A stretch of DNA of 64,000 nucleotides, taken from the NCBI GenBank assembly GCA_002269645.1, contig NIVC01003297.1:41767-105766 (forward strand), in the 5' to 3' direction. Of the stretch, positions 28,601-40,983 are shown piece after piece. Each line of letters opens with the position of its first letter. The first letter of the stretch is position 1. The notes under the pieces are model-generated. The model was not told where the DNA came from. It did no database searches and worked only from the letters and a program-made list of their open reading frames with translations. This stretch comes from Macrostomum lignano. Taxonomy: Eukaryota. The position numbers and the translations under genes are program-made.

Positions 28601-31600
28601 ACGACAGGATTCTAGTTAATGCATCTGGGATTAGTTTCACTCTAATTATAATTTTACTATGTTTCACACAGGTACAGTACTTTTACTTCAAAGCTCTTTA
28701 TTCTTAAGAAGCGTAGATTCTTGGTCTGTTACAGGCACTGCAGAACAATTTTTGCAGAGTTTCACATCACAGACACCAACGCATTATTTTAGTGCAATTT
28801 TGGCACCACAGGCATAATTTTAGCGCCAGTTTAGCGCCGCAGACGAGATTTTTCAGGTGTATATAAAAATTAATTAGGCCCCTATTTTCACTGACCTATT
28901 TCTGACCTTTTTCTGATTTGTATCGCTCTGCTTGTCCCAATCCATCTAGAAGCTATTATAATGCCTTTGCACCAAACAGAGCTCCAACAGCAGTTAACCG
29001 CAGTAATATTATCTGAGCAGTGCATATTCACTGACATGAGCTACATACATCTAAGAAAGCTTATTTTAAGTACTTCAACAGCAACACAAACGAATTAACA
29101 TGAAAGTTGTTGCTGGGCACCACTGACAAGTCCCTTAAAATTCCTACTCCATATGACTTCAGTTAAGCCAAAATGATACCTGCCAATTCGCATTGTCATT
29201 AAGGTACTATACTATACTATTAGGTACTATACTATTCTCAAGGTAGAGCATCAGTGAGTAACCAGCTTGCGTAGTACATAGCAAAGCCATCAACTTACAG
29301 TGTGAAAGACCCTTCTTTACTATTCCCCTTGCCCCTTCTCCCTTATTTCTTTTCCTTTCCCGCCTCCACTATAGGGCTAAGCAGAACAGACCGAGATCTG
29401 GGGGCATGGGGAGGTCGGGTAGAATCGAGACTTGGAGACCGACCAAGGCGAGGGTTCCCTCAAGCCTCCCGTTTTCTTCCATTCCGGGGCGGTTTGACCG
29501 CCTGCCCCGGCCCGACCGCTTCTATACAGCGCGCTTTTGGGCCCGCACCGCCACGCGAGCTCTGCAGCGGCTAGTAGAGCGAGGGCGGTAGAGAAAGGGG
29601 CTCCCCCAACCCACCCTACCCTGCTGCCTCATCCCCCTGCTCCTACTGTACCCCTTTCTGTCCTCTATTTTCCTTTCCCAGTGCCGTGGCCCAACGGATT
29701 CCGTCCCCACCTATGCTGGCATCATTCGGGCCTGGGCTTTAGCCGAGGTCTCTTTCTTCTGCCTCACTGCAGCCCCCTCGTCTCTTAGTAAAGCCTTTGT
29801 TGATCGTGTGTACATGCCTCTCTCCCTGGCTTTAGCTGAGAGGGTGCTATCGGTAGGGTGCTGGTTTGAAACCCCACCCTGACATCGCCTGTTTTGCAGC
29901 TCACTGCCTTCTGTTTCTCAGTAACAACTGCAAGCCACCCTGCCCATGAAGTAAAGCAGTTTAGCTGGTTTCGTTTCCTATTCTCAATAGTCTATTTTCT
30001 GCCTTACCAGCGTACTATTCGTTATCCCAAAGCATTTAGTATTCTCAAATTAAACAGTCATCTGAACTGTCTGACTACTGGGCCCATGAGGATTTCAAGT
30101 GGCTTTTCTATTAATCAAAATTATGTTGACTGGCTGTATTGTTTTAACATTGCGCGTTATTATCTTGACTAATAAATGGAATTATCCGACAATACTCGTG
30201 TTATGCTTTGTACAAGAGTAGTCTATGTAGGTAATTGACTGGATAATATCAATCAAGTTGAAAACCACATGCAGGGGTAAAAATACTATGAAACTATTGG
30301 GATTACTACGAGTAGATAGAGTTAGTCTGCCAACTTAGGCGAATCTGGGAGGGGCAAGGCTTCTTATATTTCGACATTGGCTCCAGAAATGTACAGTATA
30401 GCGCCTGCATATTGAAAGAGAAAAACAAATTTATCGGTAAAGTTAAACGGGTACAATGTAAAATTTCATTTAAAATCGTGTTTTACTGATTTTTCTCCGG
30501 CTATTCTGGTTTTGTGATCACTTCTTGATGTTCTGAGTTGTATCTTCATGCCCATTAGTACTGATTTTTCTCCGGCTATTCTGGTTCTGGAATCGCTCCA
30601 TGATGTTCTTAGTTGTATCTTCATGCCCATCAGTACTGTCTAGCACGTCAGCACCATTTTGTGGCTTGAAAATTGAACTAGATGTAACTCGTATAAGCAT
30701 GGAAACGTAGGATGCGACAGTCATAACAGTAAAACTACCGGGGGGTTTCCGGAACGTAGCAACGCAGGCACACGAAATTCAACGAAGTCAGAGCTGATGC
30801 AGTCAGATTTGGTCGACATGCTGGTGAAATTTGGAGGCTTGGCAAGGCCGCATTGAGGCGCAGTGCTGTTTGGTGCACAGGGTTTTTTAATACACTAGCG
30901 CTTTGAATTTTTGAATACAATGCACTAAATCCAACCTTCTGGCAGTTGTTGAATGTCTCGACGGTCGGGAGGGCTGGCCTCTTGATTCTTGTTTGCAAAA
31001 GGGCACAACTAAAAGCTAGTCTGTGTTCTTAAATTTTGTGTGCTTGCGTTGCTCCGTTCCAGCGTAGGCGTTGCACAAATTTACCCTCTACAGTAGTTCA
31101 ACGTGCGGAAAAATTGCTTGGTATTCCTACTGTTAATGCTAAAAACTGAGCTTTGACAGTAGGACGGCAGTAGACTCAGATTTTAAATGGTGTTAAGCAA
31201 TGAGTAACAACAAACTTGCTTCAGTGAAATTAGCTTCCATTGTACTTTCAAAATGACTAGCAATCTTTGCTCCGTTGGGGAGGCAACTAATGAAGTGAAA
31301 ACCTTTCCAAAGCCACTGGTTATAATAAAGTCTTATGTACATGTTTTACCACTAGTCGTTTTTAAAGTTTTTAAGGCAGGATCTTTATGCAAAAAACACT
31401 CCCCTAATATCACGCTCTCCCGCCAAGTTCAAGATCAAATGCGCTCGTTTAAACAGCGTTACTTGAGCTCCGTAATAATGAGTCCGTAGTTGCCGTCTGT
31501 GTTATCTAAATGTTCTACGCACTTGCAACTTCATCTACCCAAGCAGGAGGATAGCGAGATGATAACAGACAACTCGCTGATTATGGACTCGGTGGCCTCC

Positions 31601-32586
31601 ATGCGCGCGGGTAGCAGCATTCTGACCATGTCGCTGGAGCCCGACTATGATGATAGAGTCAATGGCGGTCTCAGTCTGAAAGTTTTCCCTGCAGGCGCTT
31701 CTGCCACTGTCGATGCCCCGCCTGCCACCACGGCCGCCTCCTCTAGCGCCGCTGCCTCCGTGCCTGTTAACTCTGAACCTGTTAGCAGATCTACGCCTAA
31801 GCCCAGCAGTCTGACATTTCACCAGGCCACCACAGCGTCCATGGCCTGCAAGCCCGACAGGGATAAGGCGCAATTGAAAATGGTAGGCCTTAATTTCAGA
31901 CTGTGTATAGACCAAGGGATAGCTATAGCTTGTCTGATTGAATAGCTGTATGGGCTTTCAATACTAATTAGTAATTCATGGGTGCATACGCCAACCCGCA
32001 CAGTTTTGGGCCTGTCCATACAGCTCAGTACTGTTAACATGAGATTTCATATACAACTTTATATGGCTCTTAGTCTAGGTCACTGCCAGGAAATTATTGA
32101 GCTGAAACTCCAACTACCACCCAGATCCCAGTGGAGAGCTTCGGCAAGCGCTACGAGGTTCTGACTCGAAACCTGCGCCAGATGGGCGGCCGGCTGCTCA
32201 TCGGACAGCGGCTGGACCGGGGCACCCTGGACTTTTCCTGCCAGTGCCGCTATTGCCGCCGGGTAGTGAAGCTGAGCAAACCGAAAGCCTACAAATTTAA
32301 GATTCACCTGCGCACCTGCAAGGAGCGCCGCAAGACTCCGTCAGATGGCGTTGAAACAGTCGCAGCAGGCAGCGCAGCAGCTAAGGATGCCGAAGAACTT
32401 GAAGCTACAGCTCCTGCTGCACAAAACCGACTGTCCGTGAGGCAGCAGCAAGAGGAATTCGAAGATGATGAAGAGGAAGCGGAGCATTCAAGTCTGGCTG
32501 CCTCGGAAACTCGGCCAGACGGTGGCGCCGACTCTCCATCGCCTCTGATCGACCTGCCGCTGGCATCTCAGGAAATTCCGGCCTGA
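25673..32586 (+). CDS. Spliced zinc-finger protein (~547 aa): three C2H2 fingers, Q/S/A-rich linker, C-terminal C2HC finger, acidic tail
   Basis: Exons 25673-25921, 26294-26890, 31547-31882 and 32125-32586 have GT-AG introns, all phase 0 and in frame. Motifs CNQC..HCMSH, CQQC..HTQAWH, CQFC..HYLSVH and CRYC..HLRTC. An extra 5' exon is possible (acceptor at 25647). Confidence 0.8.
31257..31290 (-). mobile_element. Solo 3' end (hairpin + CTAG) of Helitron family B
   Basis: A|CTAGCAATCTTTGCTCCGTTGGGGAGGC matches the ends at 4251, 52855 and 58081. Confidence 0.6.
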
Positions 32587-34323
32587 CAGAGTCTAGATCT
32601 CAATCAGGTGTCCAACTCACTTTTCCTAGGCTGTTTGCGTTTTGTCTGGCATTGAATTGGAACATCCTGGATCAAATTGGGTGTTCTAAACTTTGCTAGC
32701 TATTCCTTATTATTAAAAACACAGCTTTAGAGTACAAAATGATTAATCACAATAGTGCGTACCCAGCCCGGAAGGAACACCACGAGAAAACAGAGAAGCT
32801 CGTGCGAAACCAGGTATAAAAACCCTCAGCAGGCGGAGGGGGAGGGCCGCTGCACACAGGAGGGTAGAAACAAACACAACGCACAACCCCCACGCCAACC
32901 CGCGCACCCACAAAGGCGGAAAACCAGCCCCCGGGGGTACTAAAGCTGGTCTGGTCATCGGCACGCCTCAGAGCAAACCAAGGCATGGTGCAGAATTAAC
33001 ATGCTCTAAACAGAAGTTTGATGTGGTCTGGTCCTGGAACAGAATTCAGTGTGGTCCTGTCTTCAGCAGTCGAAATAAATGAGCTCTCAGTACCGGCATT
33101 AGCTTGCAACCAACCCGCCAGATGTAATCATTAGGAACAGGACCTTAGTCGACGGGTTGAGATAGCTAGGATAGACACGCTGGGGCTGTATTAGAATTTG
33201 ACTCATTGTCGTGCTTCATTACACATTACTCATTAGTAATGAGTCATTACGCATGGCTATGCACTCTCGCGGTGGGCAAGAATGCCATACAGATATACTG
33301 CTTCTAAGAAAAGTCTGCCTGTGTTATTATTGTGTTGATATTTACATGTAGCTTTACAGATCAAATACAGTTTTATGTTCTGCCATGCATATTTTGATCT
33401 CTAACAGATTGGCGCAACTGAGAAAATAGCTTTATTGCATGTAAGCCACTAATTAATTATCTCCTTCTGCTGTGGCTCTCCTGATCTGTTATGCTATTTT
33501 TCACAGCCTAATAGAATTTTTATACTCCCTAAACTACCATTATCGCAGTGCAATCGCGGTCTTGTAAATTAGATACCTGCCTCTTTTTCCTTTCTGTTTT
33601 TGTTTCCATCTAGAAAACCTATTGGCAGCATTTTAGTTCACTGTTGACAGAAAAAATTAGTAAATTTTCCAATGTGTTCACTATAGGAATTCGTTTCGTG
33701 TGTGTCAGTGCCCTGACCCCCTGTCACGGAATTTTTCAAACTGAACTCCAATCTCTTTTATTCCGTTTCGTCTCTTACTCATAAAGCTTACTATTTTAAC
33801 TGATGCTAATATATTATTGTACACTGGTGTTCAAATGGCTGTACACTTAGCTTGCTTGTCTTGCTACCCTGTGGAGCATTACTCTTGGTATGTTTTAATA
33901 AACGTCATATTTACTCATAATTCATTTCTCACCCTGGTTGCGGACAAGTCTTCTGATTCTATGCAGCACCTATCGGAACTGTTTTTATCTGCAAATAACT
34001 TGTACACTGATTGAGTTCCTATTAGACACTGTCAGTTGTCGCTATCTTCCTTCTCTGTCTAGTCATTAAACCTGCATGTCTGCATTCACCATTGTTTCTG
34101 GCTGGTAAGCCAGCAACTTATAAATGCCTGTTAATGCCTGCTTGGCTATGATGACCCTGTCTGCATTTTCACTATTTGCAGCGTATTCGCTTTAACCGAA
34201 CTTGCAGTATCATTAACGTCTCGTATTCTGCCTAAATGTTCGGCGCGCTTGGGTTGGCGTTTTGTTCCGTATGCGTTACATGACATTTTTTCTATGTAAT
34301 TTGCTTCATTTTTCTGCATCCGC

Positions 34324-36122
34324 ATATGATTGAGCAGTCTGAGTTCTGGTGCGGGATGAACCGTTAAGCTGTTGATTTTGCTGAATATGATTGAGCAGTC
34401 TGAGTTCTAGTGCGGGATGAGCCGCTAAGCTGTTGATTTTGCTGAATATGATTGAGCAGTCTGAGTTCTGGTGCGGGATGAACCGTTAAGCTGTTGATTT
34501 TGCTGAATATGATTGAGCAGTTTGAGTTCTGGTGCGGGATGAGCCGCTAAGCTGTTGATTTTGCTGAATATGATTGAGCAGTTTGAGTTCTGGTGCGGGA
34601 TGAACCGCTAAGCTGTTGATTTGGCTGAATATGATTGAGCAGTTTGAGTTCTGGTGCGGGATGAACCGCTAAGCTGTTGATTTGGCTGAATATGATTGAG
34701 CAGTTTGAGTTCTGGTGCGGGATGAACCGCTAAGCTGTTGATTTGGCTGAATATGATTGAGCAGTCTGAGTTCTGGTGCGGGATGAACCGTTAAGCTGTT
34801 GATTTTGCTGAATATGATTGAGCAGTTTGAGTTCTGGTGCGGGATGAGCCGCTAAGCTGTTGATTTTGCTGAATATGATTGAGCAGTCTGAGTTCTGGTG
34901 GGGGATGAACCGCTAAGCTGTTGATTTGGCTGAATATGATTGAGCAGTTTGAGTTCTGGTGCGGGATGAACCGCTAAGCTGTTGATTTGGCTGAATATGA
35001 TTGAGCAGTTTGAGTTCTGGTGCGGGATGAACCGCTAAGCTGTTGATTTGGCTGAATATGATTGAGCAGTTTGAGTTCTGGTGCGGGATGAGCCGCTAAG
35101 CTGTTGATTTTGCTGAATATGATTGAGCAGTTTGAGTTCTGGTGCGGGATAAGCCGCTAAGCTGTTGATTTTGCTGAATATGATTGAGCAGTCTGAGTTC
35201 TAGTGCGGGATGAACCGCTAAGCTGTTGATTTTGCTGAATATGATTGAGCAGTCTGAGTTCTAGTGTGGGATAAGCCGCTAAGCTGTTGATTTTGCTGAA
35301 TATTATTGAGCAGTCTGAGTTCTAGTGCGGGATGAGCCGCTAAGCTGTTGATTTTGCTGAATATGATTGAGCAGTCTGAGTTATAGTGCGGGATGAGCCG
35401 CTAAGCTGTTGATTTTGCTGAATATGATTGAGCAGTCTGAGTTCTAGTGCGGGATGAGCCGCTAAGCTGTTGATTTTGCTGAATATGGTTGAGCAGTCTG
35501 AGTTCTGGTGCGGGATAAGCCGCTAAGCTGTTGATTTTGCTGAATATGATTGAGCAGTCTGAGTTCTAGTGCGGGATGAGCCGCTAAGCTGTTGATTTTG
35601 CTGAATATGATTGAGCAGTCTGAGTTCTAGTGCGGGATGAGCCGCTAAGCTGTTGAATTTGCTGAATATGATTGAGCAGTCTGAGTTCTAGTGCGGGATG
35701 AGCCGCTAAGCTGTTGAATTTGCTGAATATGATTGAGCAGTCTGAGTTCTAGTGCGGGATGAGCCGCTAAGCTGTTGATTTTGCTGAATATGATTGAGCA
35801 GTCTGAGTTCTGGTGCGGGATAAGCCGCTAAGCTGTTGATTTTGCTGAATATGATTGAGCAGTCTGAGTTCTAGTGCGGGATGAGCCGCTAAGCTGTTGA
35901 TTTTGCTGAATATGATTGAGCAGTCTGAGTTCTGGTGCGGGATAAGCCGCTAAGCTGTTGATTTTGCTGAATATGATTGAGCAGTTTGAGTTCTAGTGCG
36001 GGATGAGCCGCTAAGCTGTTGATTTTGCTGAATATGATTGAGTAGTTTGAGTTCTAGTGCGGGATGAGCCGCTAAGCTGTTGAATTTGCTGAATATGATT
36101 GAGCAGTCTGAGTTCTGGTGGG
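34324..36122. repeat. 61-bp tandem array, ~29.5 copies
   Basis: Unit ATATGATTGAGCAGTCTGAGTTCTRGTGCGGGATGARCCGCTAAGCTGTTGATTTTGCTGA. The register shifts by 1 nt per 60-nt line. Only point variants occur; there are no spacers. Confidence 0.97.
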
Positions 36123-37834
36123 TTATTTTGCAGCAGACTGACGTTTTGTTGTAAATATTCGTTGCATAGCTAAACAATGCTTGTGTTCACTTTAGCCGAT
36201 TTCTCTTGCACTTCAATGCGTGCTGCCCAAATTTACTGACCCAATCCATTGTTGATATCTACTTAGGTTCTTTTTTCTCTAAAGCTATCGCATAAGCGCA
36301 ATAATTATATGTAACTGTGTCCACTTTTGCCAACATTTGGCTCTGTCTAGCAGCTCTAGACCAATAATGATATTCTAACTTGTATACACAATACGTGTAC
36401 GCGTATATCTCTTGTTGCAGTCTTTTCTGATATTGAGATGATTGGGTCCCACAGGGGAGACTGCTGCCTGAATCTGTGCCCCATTCAGTACCCAAGTGGC
36501 CCGACTCATGGACTCTTGTACTTCGACGGTATTTCCGGAGCGAATTCTTCCGTGGGTACCGATTAACTAATGAGATTGATTAACTAGTACTTTAAAGCGG
36601 TATCTTGGGTTTTTTTATTTCACTGAAGCTAATTTACTTCCAGTAATACTGCATTGGCATATTGTACGACGTAATATCGTCCATAAGATAAGTGCAACTC
36701 TGAATCGTCGGATGCCAACATGCCAACAAGTCGACAAATTCGTCCCGAATGCTCATTTACATGAAAAGTGCTATAAATGTACATGCAGACCCAAGTGAGC
36801 AAGGCCAAAGGAGCACATACATTTATGAATAAACTTATCGGGTGGCGGCACATAGAGAAAGCACGGCACAGCCCGGAGGTGACTGAAAGCTGACATCTGT
36901 TCAAGGATTTTTAAGGTGATTAATAAGTTTAAAAGGACTTCGCGTTTAGAAAGCTTTGCTCGTTTGAGTTTCTAGCTTAATTTAATGTTTACGTGCACTA
37001 GCTAGCTCCTAATATTTTATTTAAACCGCACTGCACTGCCCTGCTTTGTTGCAGCGCTATGCTCGTAGCAAGGACAACAAGGCAATTATTATTATGTTTA
37101 AAATAATGACAAGACCAATTTAACATGAAAAATCGATTAATGCGTCGTTAGAGCAGCATGTAAAGCACAAAATAGTGTGATTAGAACTTTCTCTGACACT
37201 GTTAAGAGACCCATGCAATCACTGTTTTAGTGTTGAAAATCGTGAAATTTCCTATATCCGTAGTGTATTTTCTCATGAAACCTGCCTTTAAAACTATTTC
37301 TGAACGAAAAGCTTTATGAATAACTATTTCTGAACGAAAAGCTTTATGAATGGTCGATAGAGCAATAAGAATTAAGGCACAACATATCACAAGATGAACA
37401 CTGGATCTGCCTCCCCTACTCTCCTTGCATGGATAAATCATGGATGAAGCATCCATGATGCCATGTATGGATCATACCTGAACATGTATGGAGCCATACC
37501 TGATCATACATGGTTCCACGTAAACTTCATCCATGGTTACTTTCCATCCATGTACATTGATGTATGATTTTAAATATAATTTTCCTTACTACACTACTGT
37601 TAGTAGAACGCAATGTTTGCGTAGGTTCATTTTAAAGCTGAAATTTTCTAAACAAATTCGGCAGCATCTTTAGTGCTGCTGAGAAATATGTTTCCATTCC
37701 CTTATAAATCACTTTCAAAACAAAAAAGTATCAGAACAAATACTTATGCAATTAAATGTAGAAGTAATTGAAAACTCGTATGATGACCATTTCGAGACTT
37801 ATATTATTAATGATAATTAGGCATAATTCATTTC

Positions 37835-38304
37835 AAAGTACTGTAAGAAAAAATAAGACAGCTCAGTCTCAGAGAGCTTTAAAATACAGAATGGACAGAA
37901 TTTGACGCATTTCAAGGTACTGTAAGAAAAAATAAGACAGCTCAGAGAGCTTTAAAATACAGAATAGACAGAATTTGACGCATTTCAAGGTACTGTAAGA
38001 AAAAATAAAACAGCTCAGAGAGCTTTAAAATATAGAATAGACAGAATTTGACGCATTTCAAGGTACTGTAAGAAAAAATAAAACAGCTCAGAGAGCTTTA
38101 AAATACAGAATAGACAGAATTTGACGCATTTCAAGGTACTGTAAGAAAAATAAAACAGCTCAGAGAGCTTTAAGATACAGAATAGACAGAATTTGACGCA
38201 TTTCAAGGTACTGTAAGAAAAAATAAAACAGCTCAGAGAGCTTTAAGATACAGAATAGACAGAATTTGACGCATTTCAAGGTACTGTAAGAAAAAATAAA
38301 ACAG
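37835..38304. repeat. 73-bp tandem repeat, ~6.5 copies, downstream of the transposase
   Basis: Unit TGTAAGAAAAAATAARACAGCTCAGAGAGCTTTAAAATACAGAATAGACAGAATTTGACGCATTTCAAGGTAC. Confidence 0.95.
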
Positions 38305-38633
38305 TAAATTTTACTGAACAGTCAATAAATAGAATTAGCCGAATTCGGTACGCATTAAGGGCAAGGGCCGACTAATCCTTTACGAAACGAAGTTAATGCT
38401 GCATTAGTCAATTATTTGCGCACAGAAACTTGGAGATTTTGAATATGGAGAGATCGGACAAAGAGAGGTAACGGTGGGAGTCTGAGAGGGAGGAAGTTGG
38501 GCATCTGGAAAGTTATTCTGATTCCCTGATGGTTTTATCTTGGTCATGGAGCATAATTTTATTTTCTGCCAGACTTTGCAGCATTAATAATAAAATAATC
38601 GGATCTAAGGTACGGACACATACTCGTACCTTT

Positions 38634-40934
38634 TTAATCATGTTCAAACTCTTTGAACAATGGCACAGCGCAATAACAGTCTTTGCTGAACGATTCTACT
38701 GGAACAGCGATGCAGGGTCGATCGACCTCTGAAAAATTAACTATACGTTCGCGTCTGGCCGATCTGGGCGCATTAGACAGGGATATCAATACAAAATTGA
38801 ATGTCGAAGACTTTTTGAACATGGATTCCAGCAATGCTTTCCAATTAAGTAAATCGATGGGGAAAGTTGCTGCTGGTACTCGTAAAACAAAATCAAACAG
38901 CGAACCAATGGGATCCAAAATTTGCACTCGAATAGTATTAGGCTCGAGGAACTCTGCAATAGTGCAGATTTCGCCGGACTTCAATTGGCAAAGATGGTTA
39001 GAATTTTTCGACGCACAAGCTGAGCTTGTCGAGAAAAAATGTCCATTAAAATAAGCAAGTGAGTTTCGAAGAATACCATGTGGCCTGGATGGCTCTAAAG
39101 ATATAGAGTTAACTGCATCCACTACAATAGAGTCCTTAACACAAGAAAAGTAGTGATGTAGCAACTTTTGAAACAAAAACTTGCGAACAAGCTGTGGGCC
39201 AAATGACACAGTTCCGCATAAGAACTTTTTGAACATGCCAATGGAGCTCTCAAATGCGAACATAGAATAATTAAATACAGGTCCGTACAATTCGTACTGT
39301 TCAGCCATATGCAAAAGCAGGTGGAAATTAAGGCGGAGTACTTTCGGTCCGAATATTTGCTGAGCATTGGAGATAAAAGCTTTGCATAGCTTTTCGATAT
39401 CAGTCTTATTTGATTGGGGGCTATACAACATGTGATAAATAAGAACTAAATTAGTTAACAGCAGTTTCAATGGAAAATGCGAAATTCTCTGCAAAAACGT
39501 AGGAAGAAGAAAGTATAGCGCAAAGTTTTTAAAATGCTTTGCTTTCCAATCTGAAAAGCCTTTAAAATTTGTGTTGATTGTGATGCTAGAAGGAGTTATA
39601 GATTGACGAATACAATTAGATATGAAATCCATGCAATTAGCTGAGCAAAAATACAACTCGCGCCTGTTTGCAGGTAATGACAGCTCTTCTAGTAGATACT
39701 TGGTGTGGCCTTCGAAAAAGCAGTGTAAACTGTCAATAGGATTGCAGCTGGGAAACGGAACATAGTCTAACAAGCAACTGCGCATCTTTACGCCAAAAAC
39801 AGGCCGATTTCGAATTTGTGCGAGCCGACAGTGTTCAAGATGGGAAGATGGGTTTCTCAAAGGAAACAAGTAGCCTTCACCATAGCGGAAGATCCAGTTT
39901 TTACCTTTCTCGGATACTTTAAAGCTCTCACCTGGGTGCAAGCACCTAGGACAGCTAAACGCACCATTGTACTGGTGAATGCAGAAGAGCTTAGCAAGAG
40001 CGGGCAAGTCACAAACAAAGAGTGTGTAATGGACATGAACGGTGTATTCCGAGAATATAAACTGTTTTGGCAAATTGTTCATAATTTCAGACAGAAAAGA
40101 CTGGAAATGCGGGACTGCCTTCGATGAAACAAGAGCAATTAGAATTAAATTTGCAAAGCGTTGACGGATGTAAACAGGAAGGTTTAGAAGTTGAGCCTGA
40201 AATGGCCAAAAGCTACTCTGAACAGATTCAAAAAAATTGGCGCCATCAGCTGAGATTAGAAGATGCAAGTGAAGCGACTTGCCAGAAGATAGGCTTAAGC
40301 CTTGTTCTTTAACTATTTTGGAATTCAAAACGTCTGTGTTTTTATCCTTTTGCAATTCTTGCTCATACTGCAGAATAGTTGAAGTGTGGCTGCTTAAGAT
40401 AGTCCGCAGCTGTGGAACAATATTGAGCTGTGTCACAGCAACCTTTGACTTTGGGGAATGAACCTGACACTGGCTTTTGCATTCTGGGCAAAAGCCAAAT
40501 TCAGACACGTCACTATCATCAAGAGGGCAAGTATCTTGAATCAATGATTTGAGCAACTTGACGCTATTTGGAAGAGCTAGAGAATCTCTACTAAAAATAG
40601 AAAGTAGCTTCAGGAGTCTATCAAGAGCAGCCTCTGAAACTCCGGAAGTAATTGCCCACTGAAAAATCAGAGCCGCCTGCACACTGGGATCTGAGATGGA
40701 AGCCAAATTCGCTAAGCTATCTGAACTCTCCTCAAGCACAGGCACAGCATTGTTTTCACCAATAAAAGTTTCCACAGCGTCAGGACAGCTGTGCGAGTGC
40801 GTTACACCGGCTTCGCTTGAAATTGAACTCCTATTACTTGTAGAAAAACTATTTGAGGGAGAAGAAATCGCCTGACAAGAGTAGGCTGAGTAATTAGTAG
40901 AAAGAGAGTGCTCAGATTCTGATTTACTAGACAT
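38634..40934 (-). CDS. CACTA/EnSpm-type DDE transposase, 766 aa, uninterrupted
   Basis: LISADGANFF..SFWPFQAQLLNLP, FVCDLPALAK..QYNGAFSCPRC, PIDSLHCFFEG, WKAKHFKNF, NFHLLLHM..YGPVFNYSMFAFESSIG. These match the animal EnSpm transposase motif series (D, D, E). Confidence 0.92.
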   Translation of the reverse strand: MSSKSESEHSLSTNYSAYSCQAISSPSNSFSTSNRSSISSEAGVTHSHSCPDAVETFIGENNAVPVLEESSDSLANLASISDPSVQAALIFQWAITSGVSEAALDRLLKLLSIFSRDSLALPNSVKLLKSLIQDTCPLDDSDVSEFGFCPECKSQCQVHSPKSKVAVTQLNIVPQLRTILSSHTSTILQYEQELQKDKNTDVLNSKIVKEQGLSLSSGKSLHLHLLISADGANFFESVQSSFWPFQAQLLNLPVYIRQRFANLILIALVSSKAVPHFQSFLSEIMNNLPKQFIFSEYTVHVHYTLFVCDLPALAKLFCIHQYNGAFSCPRCLHPGESFKVSEKGKNWIFRYGEGYLFPLRNPSSHLEHCRLAQIRNRPVFGVKMRSCLLDYVPFPSCNPIDSLHCFFEGHTKYLLEELSLPANRRELYFCSANCMDFISNCIRQSITPSSITINTNFKGFSDWKAKHFKNFALYFLLPTFLQRISHFPLKLLLTNLVLIYHMLYSPQSNKTDIEKLCKAFISNAQQIFGPKVLRLNFHLLLHMAEQYELYGPVFNYSMFAFESSIGMFKKFLCGTVSFGPQLVRKFLFQKLLHHYFSCVKDSIVVDAVNSISLEPSRPHGILRNSLAYFNGHFFSTSSACASKNSNHLCQLKSGEICTIAEFLEPNTIRVQILDPIGSLFDFVLRVPAATFPIDLLNWKALLESMFKKSSTFNFVLISLSNAPRSARRERIVNFSEVDRPCIAVPVESFSKDCYCAVPLFKEFEHD

Positions 40935-40983
40935 AAAAATAGCAATTCAAATATTCAAAAGTTACTAGAATTTTTTCCGCAAT

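Noticed and set aside
30518-30998. Nested minus-strand gene in the large intron (68 and 87 aa ORFs; LPEGW in another frame)
   Set aside because: No recognisable domain; part of it is a local ~80-bp duplication, and a stop follows LPEGW immediately.
34324-36122. 61-bp array as a CRISPR or TIGR-like guide array, or as a coding repeat
   Set aside because: No variable spacers and no adjacent effector gene. The 61-bp period shifts frame each unit and hits stops.
36259-36904. Possible spliced minus-strand gene, including an HESGH (HExxH-like) motif
   Set aside because: The candidate GT-AG introns I tried could not be joined into one consistent open frame, and the motif lacks metalloprotease context.
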